From contig CAYHHA010000001.1 in assembly GCA_964356315.1 (NCBI GenBank), positions 51,299 to 115,298 on the forward strand: a stretch of DNA of 64,000 nt, in the 5' to 3' direction. Source of the stretch: an uncultured Gammaproteobacteria bacterium. Lineage in GTDB: Bacteria; Patescibacteriota; Microgenomatia; UBA10105; UBA927. The position numbers were made by a program, and so were the translations under genes. Positions 10,571 to 21,366 of the stretch are shown here, one piece after another; position 1 is the stretch's first letter; each line of letters begins with the position of its first letter. The notes under the pieces are model-generated. The model had not been told where the DNA came from, did not search any database, and worked only from the letters and a program-made list of their open reading frames with translations.

Positions 10571-11676
10571 ATTTCAAGAAGTGTCGCTGTGAATTTTTCG
10601 ACCTCTTTTGCCCCAAATCTCTTTGTTACCTGTACATATGCTTCTTCGCCCATTTTTTTTCTACGAGAAGGATTGGACAACAAACAGTCAATCCCGCTGG
10701 CCATGTCTGAAATAGAATTATATAATAACCCTGTTTTATTGTGCAGAATAATTTCTTGAGATCCGATAAATGATGTGGAGACACAAGGAACCCGTTGCAT
10801 TCCAGCTTCTAAAACGGAGACAGGGAGCCCTTCATTGAGTGTCATAGAAACAAGTATTTTTGCTTTACCAAGCAATACCTCAGGGCTTGAAGAAAAGCCT
10901 GCAAATATAATGTTTTTGTTCAAGCCGTATTTGCTACTCTCTTCGCGCATCTGCTTCTCCAAGGATCCTTTACCCACTAGACATAGTGAAATACGCGGGT
11001 AGCGTTTTTTTAGTATCCTTACCAGGGCAATGAGAGCAAGAGGATTTTTTTCTTTTTCGAATCTTCCCAAATACATTAGATCATATATCTTTTTTGAGGC
11101 TCTCGCTTTTTTAACGGTTGTCCAGTTAACAGTTATATAAATTATTGATTCTAGGATATGGAAACTTTCTACCAGGTCATTTTTACACGCCAGGGTTGGG
11201 ACAAGAATGCAATTTGCCTTTGGATAGAGCATTTGTATACAGAGATTCCAGAGCCAGCGTGGATACTTATTAATTTGGATATATGAAGAAGTAACGACTC
11301 CTTCAGCCAAAACCAGTTTCACTTTTTTCCAAAAGAAAATTTTCTTCAGCGCAATCATAAAGAAAGACAACTCAACTAAAAAGGTCAAGCAAACATCCGG
11401 ACGAATTGTTATATAGCTATATGCAACCCATATCAAAAACTGTAGATGCCTGAGTATGCGGTTTTTCCCATTGCCAGTTCTTAGGGAATATATTTGCGTA
11501 AACCCATCATTTTTTAGTTCTTTTAAAATATGACTATCGGTACTATTTTTTATAAAAACTAAAACAGAGATGTTTGGACGAGTTTTGCGAATATGCTGAA
11601 CGACATCTCGAATAATCGTTTGAAGCCCGCCTATCCCAAGATCCCAAAAAACGATCATTACTGTGAATTTTTTCAT
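10567..11676 (-). CDS. Glycosyltransferase family 4
   Basis: LGIGG, LGRFEKEKN and EGLPVSVLEA motifs; start at MKKF overlaps the asnB stop. Confidence 0.9.
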   Translation of the reverse strand: MKKFTVMIVFWDLGIGGLQTIIRDVVQHIRKTRPNISVLVFIKNSTDSHILKELKNDGFTQIYSLRTGNGKNRILRHLQFLIWVAYSYITIRPDVCLTFLVELSFFMIALKKIFFWKKVKLVLAEGVVTSSYIQINKYPRWLWNLCIQMLYPKANCILVPTLACKNDLVESFHILESIIYITVNWTTVKKARASKKIYDLMYLGRFEKEKNPLALIALVRILKKRYPRISLCLVGKGSLEKQMREESSKYGLNKNIIFAGFSSSPEVLLGKAKILVSMTLNEGLPVSVLEAGMQRVPCVSTSFIGSQEIILHNKTGLLYNSISDMASGIDCLLSNPSRRKKMGEEAYVQVTKRFGAKEVEKFTATLLEI

Positions 11677-13487
11677 ATTCGTATGTCGTTTCGATCCATC
11701 CATCTCGTGAGTACGATCATGCTCCACAGCTTGTTAGCATGGTTTTCTGATCCATCCAAGTGGTCTTGTATGATATTTTTATATTGGCTGGTTGAAAATA
11801 TTTCTGGGTAAGAGGCTGCCACAGAGAGAGATTCGTTCACAAATGGCTTCAGGTCCCTTTTTAACCAATCATACAGAGGAATATCAAACCCGTGTTTTTT
11901 ACGCCAAATGAACTTTTTGGGGAAATATTTTTGGGCGACTTTTTTAAGAAGTATTTTCCCCTGGAACATCCAAACTTTTTGGGAATCTGGTAAAGAAAAG
12001 GCGTAGTCAATGATCTTAGAATCTAGATACGGAGCCCGAGCTTCAAGATTGCATGCCATAGTTGCTTTATCTACTTTATTCAACAATTGCTCGACCATAT
12101 ATCCTCTATAATCTGCCAACTGGAGAGAAGACAAGCAAGAGACATCTGTCTCAAGAATATTTTTATCTCTTAATACAGCGGGATGTGAGTGCTTGCCAAT
12201 CAAATCATGTAGATCTTGACTATTCCACACATTTTGAGGACTATATCGCTCAGAAAGTGGCAACAAAATACGGGAGTGAGATGCTCCAAACATCATGTTC
12301 CATATGCGTTTTGATTGCTCGGTCGATATTAGCATTCGGTGAAGTGATTCTCTTAGAATTTCATGCGGGTATCGTGAATATCCACCAAATAATTCATCTG
12401 CACCCTCTCCAGTTAAAACAACTTTCACTTTTTTCCGCGCCTCTTTTGCCAAAAGGATAGTGGGGAGAAACGCAGGATCAACAATTGGCTCATCGATCAC
12501 GTCTCCAATAGCGCTAACGATGTCTACAATGGATTTGCCAGTACAATTCACTTGAGTGTGCCTGGTGTGTAATTGACTTGATACATACAAAGCAAAGGAC
12601 GACTCATCGTGCTTTTCATATCCTGGAAAGGCAACAGAATACGTATGGATATTCTTTTGTTGTTTTGACGCATAATAGCTGATCAAGCTAGAGTCGATGC
12701 CACCGCTTAAAAAACAGCCGACCGGGACATCTGCCATCAGTCGAAGCCGAACAGACTCTGAGAGCAGTTGATCTAAAACATCCTCAGGACGAAAATTCTG
12801 CCGAGCTATAGGAGTGGTCGAGCGTTTTGGACTTATCTCCCAATACTTTCCGACCGCTATGGAATGCGATTTTACGTTGTATTGTAGATAGCTTGAAGGT
12901 GGGAGCTTTTGAATTGATGTCATCAAAGTATTGGGAGATCGCACGAATCCATCGGTAAAGTATTCAGAAAGACATCTCTTGTTGAGTATTCCCTTTATGT
13001 GAGGAATTGACGCCAATACTTTCATCTCTGATGAAAAATAGAACTCTGTGGTCGTTTTTGAGTAATATAATGGTTTTTCTCCCGATTTATCTCTAGCCAG
13101 AATTATTACCTGTTTTTTAGCATCATAAATACTTATCGCAAACATTCCTTCGAGCATCTCAAACGCTTTTGAACCATAAAGGTGAAACAGCGGAAGAATC
13201 ACCTCAGCGTCACTCTCTGTCTTAAATCGATTGCCGTGTTTTTCTAGTTTTTGTTTTAGCTCTTTATGGTTATATATTTCTCCATTAAATACTAGAGTGA
13301 AATGCTTATATGTCATGGGGTACAAATTGTCAGACAGATCCACGATAGCCAACCTATTCATTCCCATGTGGACTTTTTGTTTAAAAAACAGACACTGGCC
13401 ATCACGGCCCCGATGATGAATTATCGAGAGGAGTTGATTGAGCCGTTTAGTATTCTTTTCTCCTGTAAATCCGAGTATTCCACACAT
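11673..13487 (-). CDS. asnB: Asparagine synthase (glutamine-hydrolysing)-type amidotransferase
   Basis: MCGI N-terminus, HRGRD, FNGEIYN, FLSGGIDSS and LTGEGADELFGGY motifs. Confidence 0.93.
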   Translation of the reverse strand: MCGILGFTGEKNTKRLNQLLSIIHHRGRDGQCLFFKQKVHMGMNRLAIVDLSDNLYPMTYKHFTLVFNGEIYNHKELKQKLEKHGNRFKTESDAEVILPLFHLYGSKAFEMLEGMFAISIYDAKKQVIILARDKSGEKPLYYSKTTTEFYFSSEMKVLASIPHIKGILNKRCLSEYFTDGFVRSPNTLMTSIQKLPPSSYLQYNVKSHSIAVGKYWEISPKRSTTPIARQNFRPEDVLDQLLSESVRLRLMADVPVGCFLSGGIDSSLISYYASKQQKNIHTYSVAFPGYEKHDESSFALYVSSQLHTRHTQVNCTGKSIVDIVSAIGDVIDEPIVDPAFLPTILLAKEARKKVKVVLTGEGADELFGGYSRYPHEILRESLHRMLISTEQSKRIWNMMFGASHSRILLPLSERYSPQNVWNSQDLHDLIGKHSHPAVLRDKNILETDVSCLSSLQLADYRGYMVEQLLNKVDKATMACNLEARAPYLDSKIIDYAFSLPDSQKVWMFQGKILLKKVAQKYFPKKFIWRKKHGFDIPLYDWLKRDLKPFVNESLSVAASYPEIFSTSQYKNIIQDHLDGSENHANKLWSMIVLTRWMDRNDIRI

Positions 13488-13521
13488 AATATTATTTCTT
13501 AATTATTCATAAGATGATATC

Positions 13522-14544
13522 ATGAAGGCTGTCAGATACCAACGCTCTATGTCAAAAGATTCACCGATATATTTAGTAACCGGATCCGCAGGCTTTATTG
13601 GAAGCAATATTTGCGAATATCTATTATCCAATAATACACACCCAGTTGTTGTGGGGATAGACAATTTACATGAGTATTATTCATCAAAAATAAAGCGGTA
13701 CAGGCTTCATAAGCTTAAACGTCATAAAAGGTTTATTTTTTATACTGCATCTATTCTTGAAGAGAATCGTATACAAAAGATCATAAAACTTCATAAGCCT
13801 ACGATACTTATTCATACTGCGGCAGAGGTGGGAGTTCGAAGCGGGGAACAACACCCCTTGGGGTACTTTTCAACAAACGTTATCGGAACACTTTGTCTCC
13901 TTGAAGCATGTCATCAATACATAAATCACGCCATCATATTTAGCTCTTCGTCTGTATACGGATCTTGTAAGAAAATACCTTTTTCTGAGACGGAGAAGAT
14001 TGATTTATCAACGCCTATTTCGACCTATGGAGCGTCAAAGGCGTCTATGGAAATTGCGGTAAAGAATTTCTACGAACGGACAAAAATCTCCACCACTATT
14101 ATTCGCCCTTTTAGCGTATACGGCCCAAACGGCCGACCGGATATGTTACCAATAAAATTATTAATTTCTGCAAAAAATAATGTGCCAATTGAGATATATG
14201 ATCCTGATCGACTCTCCCGCGACTGGACGTATATTGATGACTTTATTCATCTGTGTATCACTTCTATAAACAATCCTTCTGCGTTTCAAATTATAAATAT
14301 TGGGACAGGAAAACCGATTCTTCTCACGACAGTAATTGGGATAGCTCGGGAAATTATTCAGAATCACGGCCTAACTCTTCAATACTCTACGCACAAAGCC
14401 AGCGCCACTGAGATGTCGCAAACATGGGCAGACAATAAAAAGGTTCTGTCTCTTGGGGATTCATTTTCGTTCACAGATTTTAGATCTGGATATAAAAAAA
14501 CAGCAGATTTTTTCTTCGCCCACCCAGATCTATACAATTCATGA
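13522..14544 (+). CDS. NAD-dependent nucleotide-sugar epimerase (UDP-glucuronate 4-epimerase-like)
   Basis: VTGSAGFIGS, SSSSVYG, YGASK and VYGPNGRPDM motifs. Confidence 0.88.
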   Translation: MKAVRYQRSMSKDSPIYLVTGSAGFIGSNICEYLLSNNTHPVVVGIDNLHEYYSSKIKRYRLHKLKRHKRFIFYTASILEENRIQKIIKLHKPTILIHTAAEVGVRSGEQHPLGYFSTNVIGTLCLLEACHQYINHAIIFSSSSVYGSCKKIPFSETEKIDLSTPISTYGASKASMEIAVKNFYERTKISTTIIRPFSVYGPNGRPDMLPIKLLISAKNNVPIEIYDPDRLSRDWTYIDDFIHLCITSINNPSAFQIINIGTGKPILLTTVIGIAREIIQNHGLTLQYSTHKASATEMSQTWADNKKVLSLGDSFSFTDFRSGYKKTADFFFAHPDLYNS

Positions 14545-15641
14545 ACAAATCTCTTGTAATCATATATTCCAACATTGGTATAGGAGGCATGCCTGTAAGA
14601 ATCATAGATCTGGTAAACATGGTGGGGAAAGAGCGCCCTAAAACACGCGTCTATCTACTCCTAAAAGAGAGACGAGATTTTGATTTACGATCAAGGATAC
14701 AGAATCCCTCTTTGACAATTAGAGCTTTTTATAAAACGTCATGTTTTGACAGCGGTGTACTATTTATGTTGTGGGCGTGGTATCAGATATTTATTTTGAA
14801 CCCAACTACCATATTGGCATTTATCAGTCCTTATGCGATTACCGCTCTTGCGACACGATTCTTGTTCTTCTGGAGAAAACCAACAATCATAGTGAACGAG
14901 GGACATTTTACCTCGTCGATGATAAAGACGATGGCTTTTCCTTCTCTGCAAAAGCTGGGCATTCGTCTGTTATATCCACGTGCAGATGCAATCATCGCGC
15001 CCACAAACGCAATCAAAAGAGATCTTCACCACTCGTTTGCTGTTCCCTTAAAAACTATTCACGTGGTTCTAAATTGGTCTAGATATGCCAGAGAAAAGAT
15101 AGGGGACACCCACCGACCATACGACATTATATATTGTGGAAGATTTGAAAAGGAGAAAAATATCCTACCATTATTAGGAATATGCAAACATATTATTTCT
15201 ACATCGATTCCATCACTTTCTTGTGTTCTTGTAGGAGACGGATCTCTAAAGGCGGAGTGCTTAAGATATATTTATGACAATGCCTTAAGCGAAAATATTT
15301 TCATCAAGAACCCCACTATACACATCTCCTCATTGATAAAAAAAACAAAGATTTATGTTTGCAACTCCGATAAAAACACAGAAGGGTTTCCTGTTTCCGT
15401 ATTAGACGCAATGTCTCTGGGGACATTGGTTATCTCAAGGCGGTTTGAGGGAATAGAGGATGTGTTGGATAATACACGCGCGTTTATCGCAGATTCAGAC
15501 AAGCAATTATCACAATCGATAACTCAAGCGCTTTTTTCATATAAGGACCAAACTGCGCTAATCAGGAGAGCAAAACAGCAGGTAGAGCAGAACCACTCAG
15601 TACAAAACGCACTATTCTATATCGATCGTTTTGCTTTATAA
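14541..15641 (+). CDS. Glycosyltransferase family 4
   Basis: IGIGG, GRFEKEKN and EGFPVSVLDAM motifs. Confidence 0.88.
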   Translation: MNKSLVIIYSNIGIGGMPVRIIDLVNMVGKERPKTRVYLLLKERRDFDLRSRIQNPSLTIRAFYKTSCFDSGVLFMLWAWYQIFILNPTTILAFISPYAITALATRFLFFWRKPTIIVNEGHFTSSMIKTMAFPSLQKLGIRLLYPRADAIIAPTNAIKRDLHHSFAVPLKTIHVVLNWSRYAREKIGDTHRPYDIIYCGRFEKEKNILPLLGICKHIISTSIPSLSCVLVGDGSLKAECLRYIYDNALSENIFIKNPTIHISSLIKKTKIYVCNSDKNTEGFPVSVLDAMSLGTLVISRRFEGIEDVLDNTRAFIADSDKQLSQSITQALFSYKDQTALIRRAKQQVEQNHSVQNALFYIDRFAL

Positions 15642-15647
15642 ATAAAC

Positions 15648-16637
15648 ATGGAGAAAATAGCAATTATCGGGGCAAGGAGTATCCCTAAAAATTTTTGGGG
15701 AACCTCTGGGGTGGAATCATACATAGAACAACAACTACCCGTTTTAACTCAAGACAACGAGGTTGACTGTTATATCCGTTCGTGGGCAACCAACCATGCA
15801 GAGAAGCGCCTCTTTGGAGCCAATCTAATTCGCATTTTGAGCCCAAATTCGACCTACCTTGACACCATTTCTTACAGCTTTTTTGCATCGATACATGCGT
15901 CGTTTAGCGGGTCAACGATCGTTTGGTATCACGGGATGGGTCCCGCAGTTTTTTCTTTTATTCCAAAGGTGTTCAATAAGCGTGTTTTTACAACAATTCA
16001 TACGCTTGATTGGAAAAGAAAAAAATGGAACATTTTTGCTCAATTATTTTTAAAACTTTGTGAGCAAATCGCTTTTTTAAATTCAGATACGATAATAGTA
16101 GTTTCAAAAAGCCTAAAACTACATTACGAACAACAAGGGAAGACCGGTGTTTTGCTTCAAAAGTACAAATTAATACAGCGTTCTAAAATTCTTACAAAAC
16201 ACTCCCTCGATACCTATCATCTTAAAAATAACTCATACATCCTCTATGTTGGGAGGTTTGTTCCCGAGAAGCGATTAGAGTGGCTCGTTAAAGCGTCTTG
16301 TGACATGACTATGCCCATTGTGATGGTTGGTGGATCCAGTCATACAGAAGCGTACGAGGCGAAAATTCGTCGTTTAGCAATTGGCAGGAACATACTGTTT
16401 ACCGGCTATTTATTCGGAAAACAGAAAGATGAGCTTATCAGCCACTGCAAGGTATTTGTATTGCCTTCTCAGACAGAAGGCTACCCAGTTAGCGTTGTTG
16501 AGGCTCTTGAATTACAAGCCCCTTGCCTAGTTGGTGATTTTTTGAGAAGTGAATTTGGAAGAAAGCCCCTTTTAACGTATTTTAAATCAGATGATTATGA
16601 TAACTTTCTAACAAAACTGAGACGTGCCGTAAGCTGA
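15648..16637 (+). CDS. Glycosyltransferase family 4
   Basis: IGARSIP...GVE, YVGRFVPEK and EGYPVSVVEAL motifs. Confidence 0.88.
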   Translation: MEKIAIIGARSIPKNFWGTSGVESYIEQQLPVLTQDNEVDCYIRSWATNHAEKRLFGANLIRILSPNSTYLDTISYSFFASIHASFSGSTIVWYHGMGPAVFSFIPKVFNKRVFTTIHTLDWKRKKWNIFAQLFLKLCEQIAFLNSDTIIVVSKSLKLHYEQQGKTGVLLQKYKLIQRSKILTKHSLDTYHLKNNSYILYVGRFVPEKRLEWLVKASCDMTMPIVMVGGSSHTEAYEAKIRRLAIGRNILFTGYLFGKQKDELISHCKVFVLPSQTEGYPVSVVEALELQAPCLVGDFLRSEFGRKPLLTYFKSDDYDNFLTKLRRAVS

Positions 16638-16664
16638 TATGAATTACGTTAGTTAGGATAAATT

Positions 16665-17642
16665 TTAAAAATTTTGCACTAGCGCGTCTATCACTCCTGA
16701 AGCAGCTTGAGGCAGTATCATTGCTAGCCTTTTTTTCATTATAGATTTCGCGGTGCACACCATCCAACAGGCATTACATGCAGCAACCTTTTTTGCGTGG
16801 ATATTCCTTTTAAAAATCGCCTCCAGACTATCCTGTCGAATATTTCCCATAATCCATGGCTTTAAATGGCAGGTATATACGTTTCCTATTGAATCCATAT
16901 AGTAAAATCCTTGTCCCGCGTCGCACGGGAGTGATCTTTTCCCTGTGCGCATATAATCCACTAATCCTTTCACAAACCACCCTCTGACGATCTCTTTCGG
17001 ACTCAAATGACCATAATGATCACGAGAGAGATTTAGTAATTGTTCTTCCAGGTTTTTTTGGTTTTTTGGTCGCATGGATCCTTTATCCGGACCAAAATAA
17101 ATAACAGAGTTTGTCGCAACGGTAACAGAAAATTCTAGATTGCGCTCAACACAAAATTTTCTTACCTTTGGAATTTCTTGAATATTTTGGTCAATGGCGG
17201 TAAAGGAAACTCCGAGGTCTTTAATTCCAGCAGTCCTCGCCACATCTAGCGTTTTTAGGATTTTTTCAAAACCGCCTGGAATTCTTCGTATTTCATCATG
17301 CGCCTTGCCTATTCCATCTATAGACACGCGAAAGGCAAACTTGGGGTCGATCGTATGAATTTTTGGCAGATCTTCTGCAGCTCTGTGCGGCATAAAACCG
17401 TTGGATATCATTACGAGTCGCGCTTTTGGCGCAGCTTTTTTCATATTCGCTATTATTTCCACCAAGTCTTTCCGTAAAAAGGGCTCTCCACCAGTTATAT
17501 TTATATCCACGAGGGAGGGTGGGATCTTTAAAAATTCTTGTGGGAGCAACTCATTGGTAATGCGGTTTTTCCAAATATCACACATAATACAACGGGAGTT
17601 GCAATTGAGCGTGACTGCGATGATCGCATGTTTTGGATACAT
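16665..17642 (-). CDS. Radical SAM protein with SPASM/twitch domain
   Basis: CNSRCIMC, ITGGEP, and C-terminal CDAG..YTCH..CNACWMVC motifs. Confidence 0.9.
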   Translation of the reverse strand: MYPKHAIIAVTLNCNSRCIMCDIWKNRITNELLPQEFLKIPPSLVDINITGGEPFLRKDLVEIIANMKKAAPKARLVMISNGFMPHRAAEDLPKIHTIDPKFAFRVSIDGIGKAHDEIRRIPGGFEKILKTLDVARTAGIKDLGVSFTAIDQNIQEIPKVRKFCVERNLEFSVTVATNSVIYFGPDKGSMRPKNQKNLEEQLLNLSRDHYGHLSPKEIVRGWFVKGLVDYMRTGKRSLPCDAGQGFYYMDSIGNVYTCHLKPWIMGNIRQDSLEAIFKRNIHAKKVAACNACWMVCTAKSIMKKRLAMILPQAASGVIDALVQNF

Positions 17643-17643
17643 A

Positions 17644-19650
17644 TTATTGTATAAATTTTACACTGGGGTCAAACACGCTTTTTTGAGGTAATATCCCTTT
17701 ATCAAACTGGGAACAGTGACCTCGCGCGTTTGGATTTTCCTTACATAATTGTATCACCTGTTTTGCTGTGTTTTGATTGTTCTCGCTCCACAACAGCAAA
17801 GAGGCATAGTCGATATAGATCGTACTCCAACTAGGCAGAGAGTCAACGGCGATTTGCATAAGTTTTTTTGCATCTTTCTTGTTACTATTTTTAACAAGGC
17901 ATAAAGAGGCATAGTATATTGATTTTGCCTGATAGGTGTCCATATTTGGTGAGTCGTCCCAAATTAGCGCGTCTTCGTTAAAACAACTTGATATATCTTT
18001 CCAGTGATTCTCTATAAATATTCGGTCTTCTTTTTTGTGGATGGAGATTGTTTCTATCATAACTGTTATAACGTACAAAAGATCCTCACTCCTTTTGCTG
18101 TTGAGAGTGGTTGTGATGTATCTCTCGAGAAGGAGTCTGTTTTGAGGATCAGCTTCTATTGCTTTTCTCATGTGCCTATTGTATTCAGCTGGGCTTTTTT
18201 CACTTACTGCGAGTTTAGATAAAATATCTGGGTTATAAAGATGGAAAGCTTGGAGATAAGTATTGACATTTTTTTTGTATGGTTGTTTTTCGCCTAAAGT
18301 ATCTAGATATTTCCCAACTGTCTTTTCATCATACGGCATGCTGAGCGCAGACCATACAGATCCCTTTTGTTTAAATTGAAAAGCCGTCCCCAGCACAGAA
18401 CTTAGACAAAACAACCCAATAAAAAACATGGGGGAAAATAGCGACACGCTGACATAGCTTTGTTTATTTTCTGTGGAGAGTGTTTTTTGGTTGACCACGC
18501 CCAACAATATCCAAAACAACACCCACACGACAGTAAAATCCAGATTTATCTCCACACAGCTGTACAAAAACACCAACAAGAGACCAAGGGATAGTGACAA
18601 CCGGTGGTCGTTGAAATCGCGCGTCCGCCATAATCCTATAAGAGGGCGTAGTAATATTTTGATTATTATCAAAGACATTGCGAGAAAACCCAAAATGCCA
18701 AGCTCTGATAGAATTTGGATGGGAAAGCTATGAGCAAACCATGAATAGGAGTCGGGGGCTCGCTGGAATCTTTTTGAAACGAGCGCAAATGAACCCGGTC
18801 CCCAACCTAATAGTGGCTTTTGTACAATAGCATCCGAGGCTTGTATCCAGTATTTAACCCTGCTCTCAGCGAGTGACGTTTTTTTACTGATTCGACCGAG
18901 AGACAGCAGGGTTGTGTTTTCAGCCGGTAAACGGAGAGATAGGAGCGCCAGTGTAAAGACACACACTAGAACTCCAACAATACCCAGAGCTCTTTGATGA
19001 AACTGTTTAAATTTACCCACGCATAAAACAACAGGAAATAAGCACGCCAATAAAAGAACCATAACTGCCCCTCTTGAAGACGCGGTCAAAACCCCTACAA
19101 CCAAAACTGCTACAAGTAAAATCGGCAGTGGGGATGGTTTTCGCCAGGCCAACAAGAATCCATACGGGATAACAAAAAATATTATATCTACTATGTGGTT
19201 ATGACCATATGAGGTATACAATACGTTCATTTTTGGCACGAGACTTTGAAGGGAAGGAAATAGCATAAATAGATAAGAGGCTCCAACCATGGTCCCAACC
19301 CAATAAAAGAGAGGGTGGGAGAACGTTGAAACAGATAGTTTTTCCCCTTTGTTGGAAACGTATACAAATAAAAGAAAAGCATCTACATACCTAACTATAT
19401 TGGTTACTGCATATCCTAGGCTAAGAGGGTGAAGAGAAGAAAAAAACAATGACACAAAGAGCAACAACCAGCAGGGTAGTAGTCTTTTTTCTATATACAG
19501 CTTTTTTGGTCCAAACCGCCAATCACGAAAAAATAGATAAAGTATCCCTAGTGTGGAGATAAATAAAACAATCGATTGTTTTTCATCTCCCAAGAAAACC
19601 ATCACTGTTAACACGATCAGCACTAGGTATGTTTGAAAAGAGGTAAGCAT
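17644..19650 (-). CDS. O-antigen ligase family protein with C-terminal TPR-like region
   Basis: Many TMs; ASSRGA, SRVKYW, PLLGWGPGSF and AHSFPIQILSELG motifs. Confidence 0.8.
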   Translation of the reverse strand: MLTSFQTYLVLIVLTVMVFLGDEKQSIVLFISTLGILYLFFRDWRFGPKKLYIEKRLLPCWLLLFVSLFFSSLHPLSLGYAVTNIVRYVDAFLLFVYVSNKGEKLSVSTFSHPLFYWVGTMVGASYLFMLFPSLQSLVPKMNVLYTSYGHNHIVDIIFFVIPYGFLLAWRKPSPLPILLVAVLVVGVLTASSRGAVMVLLLACLFPVVLCVGKFKQFHQRALGIVGVLVCVFTLALLSLRLPAENTTLLSLGRISKKTSLAESRVKYWIQASDAIVQKPLLGWGPGSFALVSKRFQRAPDSYSWFAHSFPIQILSELGILGFLAMSLIIIKILLRPLIGLWRTRDFNDHRLSLSLGLLLVFLYSCVEINLDFTVVWVLFWILLGVVNQKTLSTENKQSYVSVSLFSPMFFIGLFCLSSVLGTAFQFKQKGSVWSALSMPYDEKTVGKYLDTLGEKQPYKKNVNTYLQAFHLYNPDILSKLAVSEKSPAEYNRHMRKAIEADPQNRLLLERYITTTLNSKRSEDLLYVITVMIETISIHKKEDRIFIENHWKDISSCFNEDALIWDDSPNMDTYQAKSIYYASLCLVKNSNKKDAKKLMQIAVDSLPSWSTIYIDYASLLLWSENNQNTAKQVIQLCKENPNARGHCSQFDKGILPQKSVFDPSVKFIQ

Positions 19651-19693
19651 GAGCTACAACAATGGTAACATGAGGACTGCACTTTTTACACCA

Positions 19694-19712
19694 TGTGGAC
19701 AACTTATCCACA
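19694..19712. promoter_or_regulatory. DnaA box pair upstream of dnaA
   Basis: TGTGGACAA (19694-19702) and perfect TTATCCACA (19704-19712). Confidence 0.75.
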
Positions 19713-19783
19713 ATATGATATAACCCAAAGTGCCTCCCAACACTACACACTAGGGGATTAATCTACCCCAACACACTACAATC

Positions 19784-21151
19784 ATGGACACTGACAAACT
19801 TTGGAAAACTGTTCTCGCTGAAATCGAGCTTTCTGTATCTAAGGCTACGTTTCAGACGCATTTTGCAAGCTCTCGGCTCATCTCTTTATCTCAAAACGTC
19901 GCCTCTATAAGCTTTACTAGCCCACTCATGAGAACCCTCGTAGAAACACGGTATTATTCTTTGGTCAAAAGTATTCTTGACCACCACACCCATGAAAACA
20001 TTAGCATGGTGTTTTCTGTGGCTCAGAAAAAGGAAGTGCTTTCCTCAAAAGACGCAGGACCTTTATTTGCAGATATCGCCTCTCACAACCATGAACAAGA
20101 CATGTCTTCGCTCTCCCGAAGACTTCACATCAGACCGGATGCAACATTTGAAAACTTCGCGGTATCTACCACAAATCAAATGGCCTACGCCGCCGCCACA
20201 GCTGTCGCTAGGTCTCCAGGAACCGCGTATAACCCGCTGTTTATTTACGGTGGTGTTGGAGTAGGGAAGACCCACCTTATGCACGCGGTGGCAAATAGCA
20301 TTCTCCAGAGAAAACCAACGACAAGGGTGGTGTACTGTATGGGAGAAGAGTTTTTAAATGAGATTGTTGAAGCGATTCAAACAAAAACTGCCCGGCAGTT
20401 TAAACAGAAATATAGGAATGCGCAACTTCTCCTGGTTGATGATGTGCAGTTTATCGCGGGGAAGCTAACCGCGCAGGAAGAGTTTTTTCACACGTTTAAC
20501 GCGGTCCACAGAGAGGGTGGACAGATTATTCTCATATCTGATCGCCCACCAACGGAAATATCTAAACTTGAAGACAGGCTTCGTAGTCGGTTTGAGGGCG
20601 GGTTGACTGTGGATGTTGCAAGCCCGGACTTTGAGCTTCGGGTCGCCATTATCAATATAAAATCCATTGCCCTTGGCATATCTGTTTCTTCCGAGTCTGC
20701 ACAACTTATAGCCGCAAACATCTCTGATACAAGGGCGATAGAGGGGTTTCTAAAGCGCCTTATCACAGAAACCGCCACAAGAAACACTGGTGTAACACCA
20801 GAACTCATAGCGTCTCTGTTGAGTATTAAGCCGTCGATCAAACAGACAGAGCGCGCGCAAAAAAGGGTGCCCCCTCAAGACCTGCTAGAGGCGGTCGCCG
20901 GGTACTTTGGGGTAAAATCAACAGCGCTCCGGGGACCAAAAAGAGACAGGCCCATAGCGAGACCCCGGCAGATATTTATGTACCTCTGCAGGACAGAGCT
21001 CGGGCTCACACACGGGGACATTGGCGGGCTTCTTGGCGGAAGAGATCACACGACTGTTATGCACGGGGTGGAGGCAATTACAAGAGAATTATCCACAAAC
21101 GAGAGGCTTCGTGGGGATGTAGAGGGGATTAAAATACGGGTGTGGGCATAA
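19784..21151 (+). CDS. dnaA: Chromosomal replication initiator DnaA
   Basis: YNPLFIYGGVGVGKTHL, LLLVDDVQF, QEEFFHTFN and GGRDHTTVMH motifs. Confidence 0.98.
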   Translation: MDTDKLWKTVLAEIELSVSKATFQTHFASSRLISLSQNVASISFTSPLMRTLVETRYYSLVKSILDHHTHENISMVFSVAQKKEVLSSKDAGPLFADIASHNHEQDMSSLSRRLHIRPDATFENFAVSTTNQMAYAAATAVARSPGTAYNPLFIYGGVGVGKTHLMHAVANSILQRKPTTRVVYCMGEEFLNEIVEAIQTKTARQFKQKYRNAQLLLVDDVQFIAGKLTAQEEFFHTFNAVHREGGQIILISDRPPTEISKLEDRLRSRFEGGLTVDVASPDFELRVAIINIKSIALGISVSSESAQLIAANISDTRAIEGFLKRLITETATRNTGVTPELIASLLSIKPSIKQTERAQKRVPPQDLLEAVAGYFGVKSTALRGPKRDRPIARPRQIFMYLCRTELGLTHGDIGGLLGGRDHTTVMHGVEAITRELSTNERLRGDVEGIKIRVWA

Positions 21152-21345
21152 CTTTGTCAGGATTATCCACTTACCCACATTTGGGAGAGAGTTATCCACA
21201 GGGTTATCCACCTATGTTTCCACCGTTTTTGTGCTGTGGGAAGGTCACTGTTCGTCTTGACACGATACTCCGTTGACTTGCTGGCAAAAAAGACATACAC
21301 TTTTCCACACCGTTTTCTATATACTAATACTATATATATTTAAGT
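21089..21345. other. Probable oriC (DnaA-box cluster plus AT-rich unwinding element)
   Basis: Boxes TTATCCACA 21089 and 21192, TTATCCACT 21163, TTACCCACA 21171, TTATCCACC 21204, TTTTCCACA 21301; then AT-rich CTATATACTAATACTATATATATT (~21317-21340), between dnaA and dnaN. Confidence 0.85.
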
Positions 21346-21366
21346 AAGGTAAAAGCGATTCCCTAT

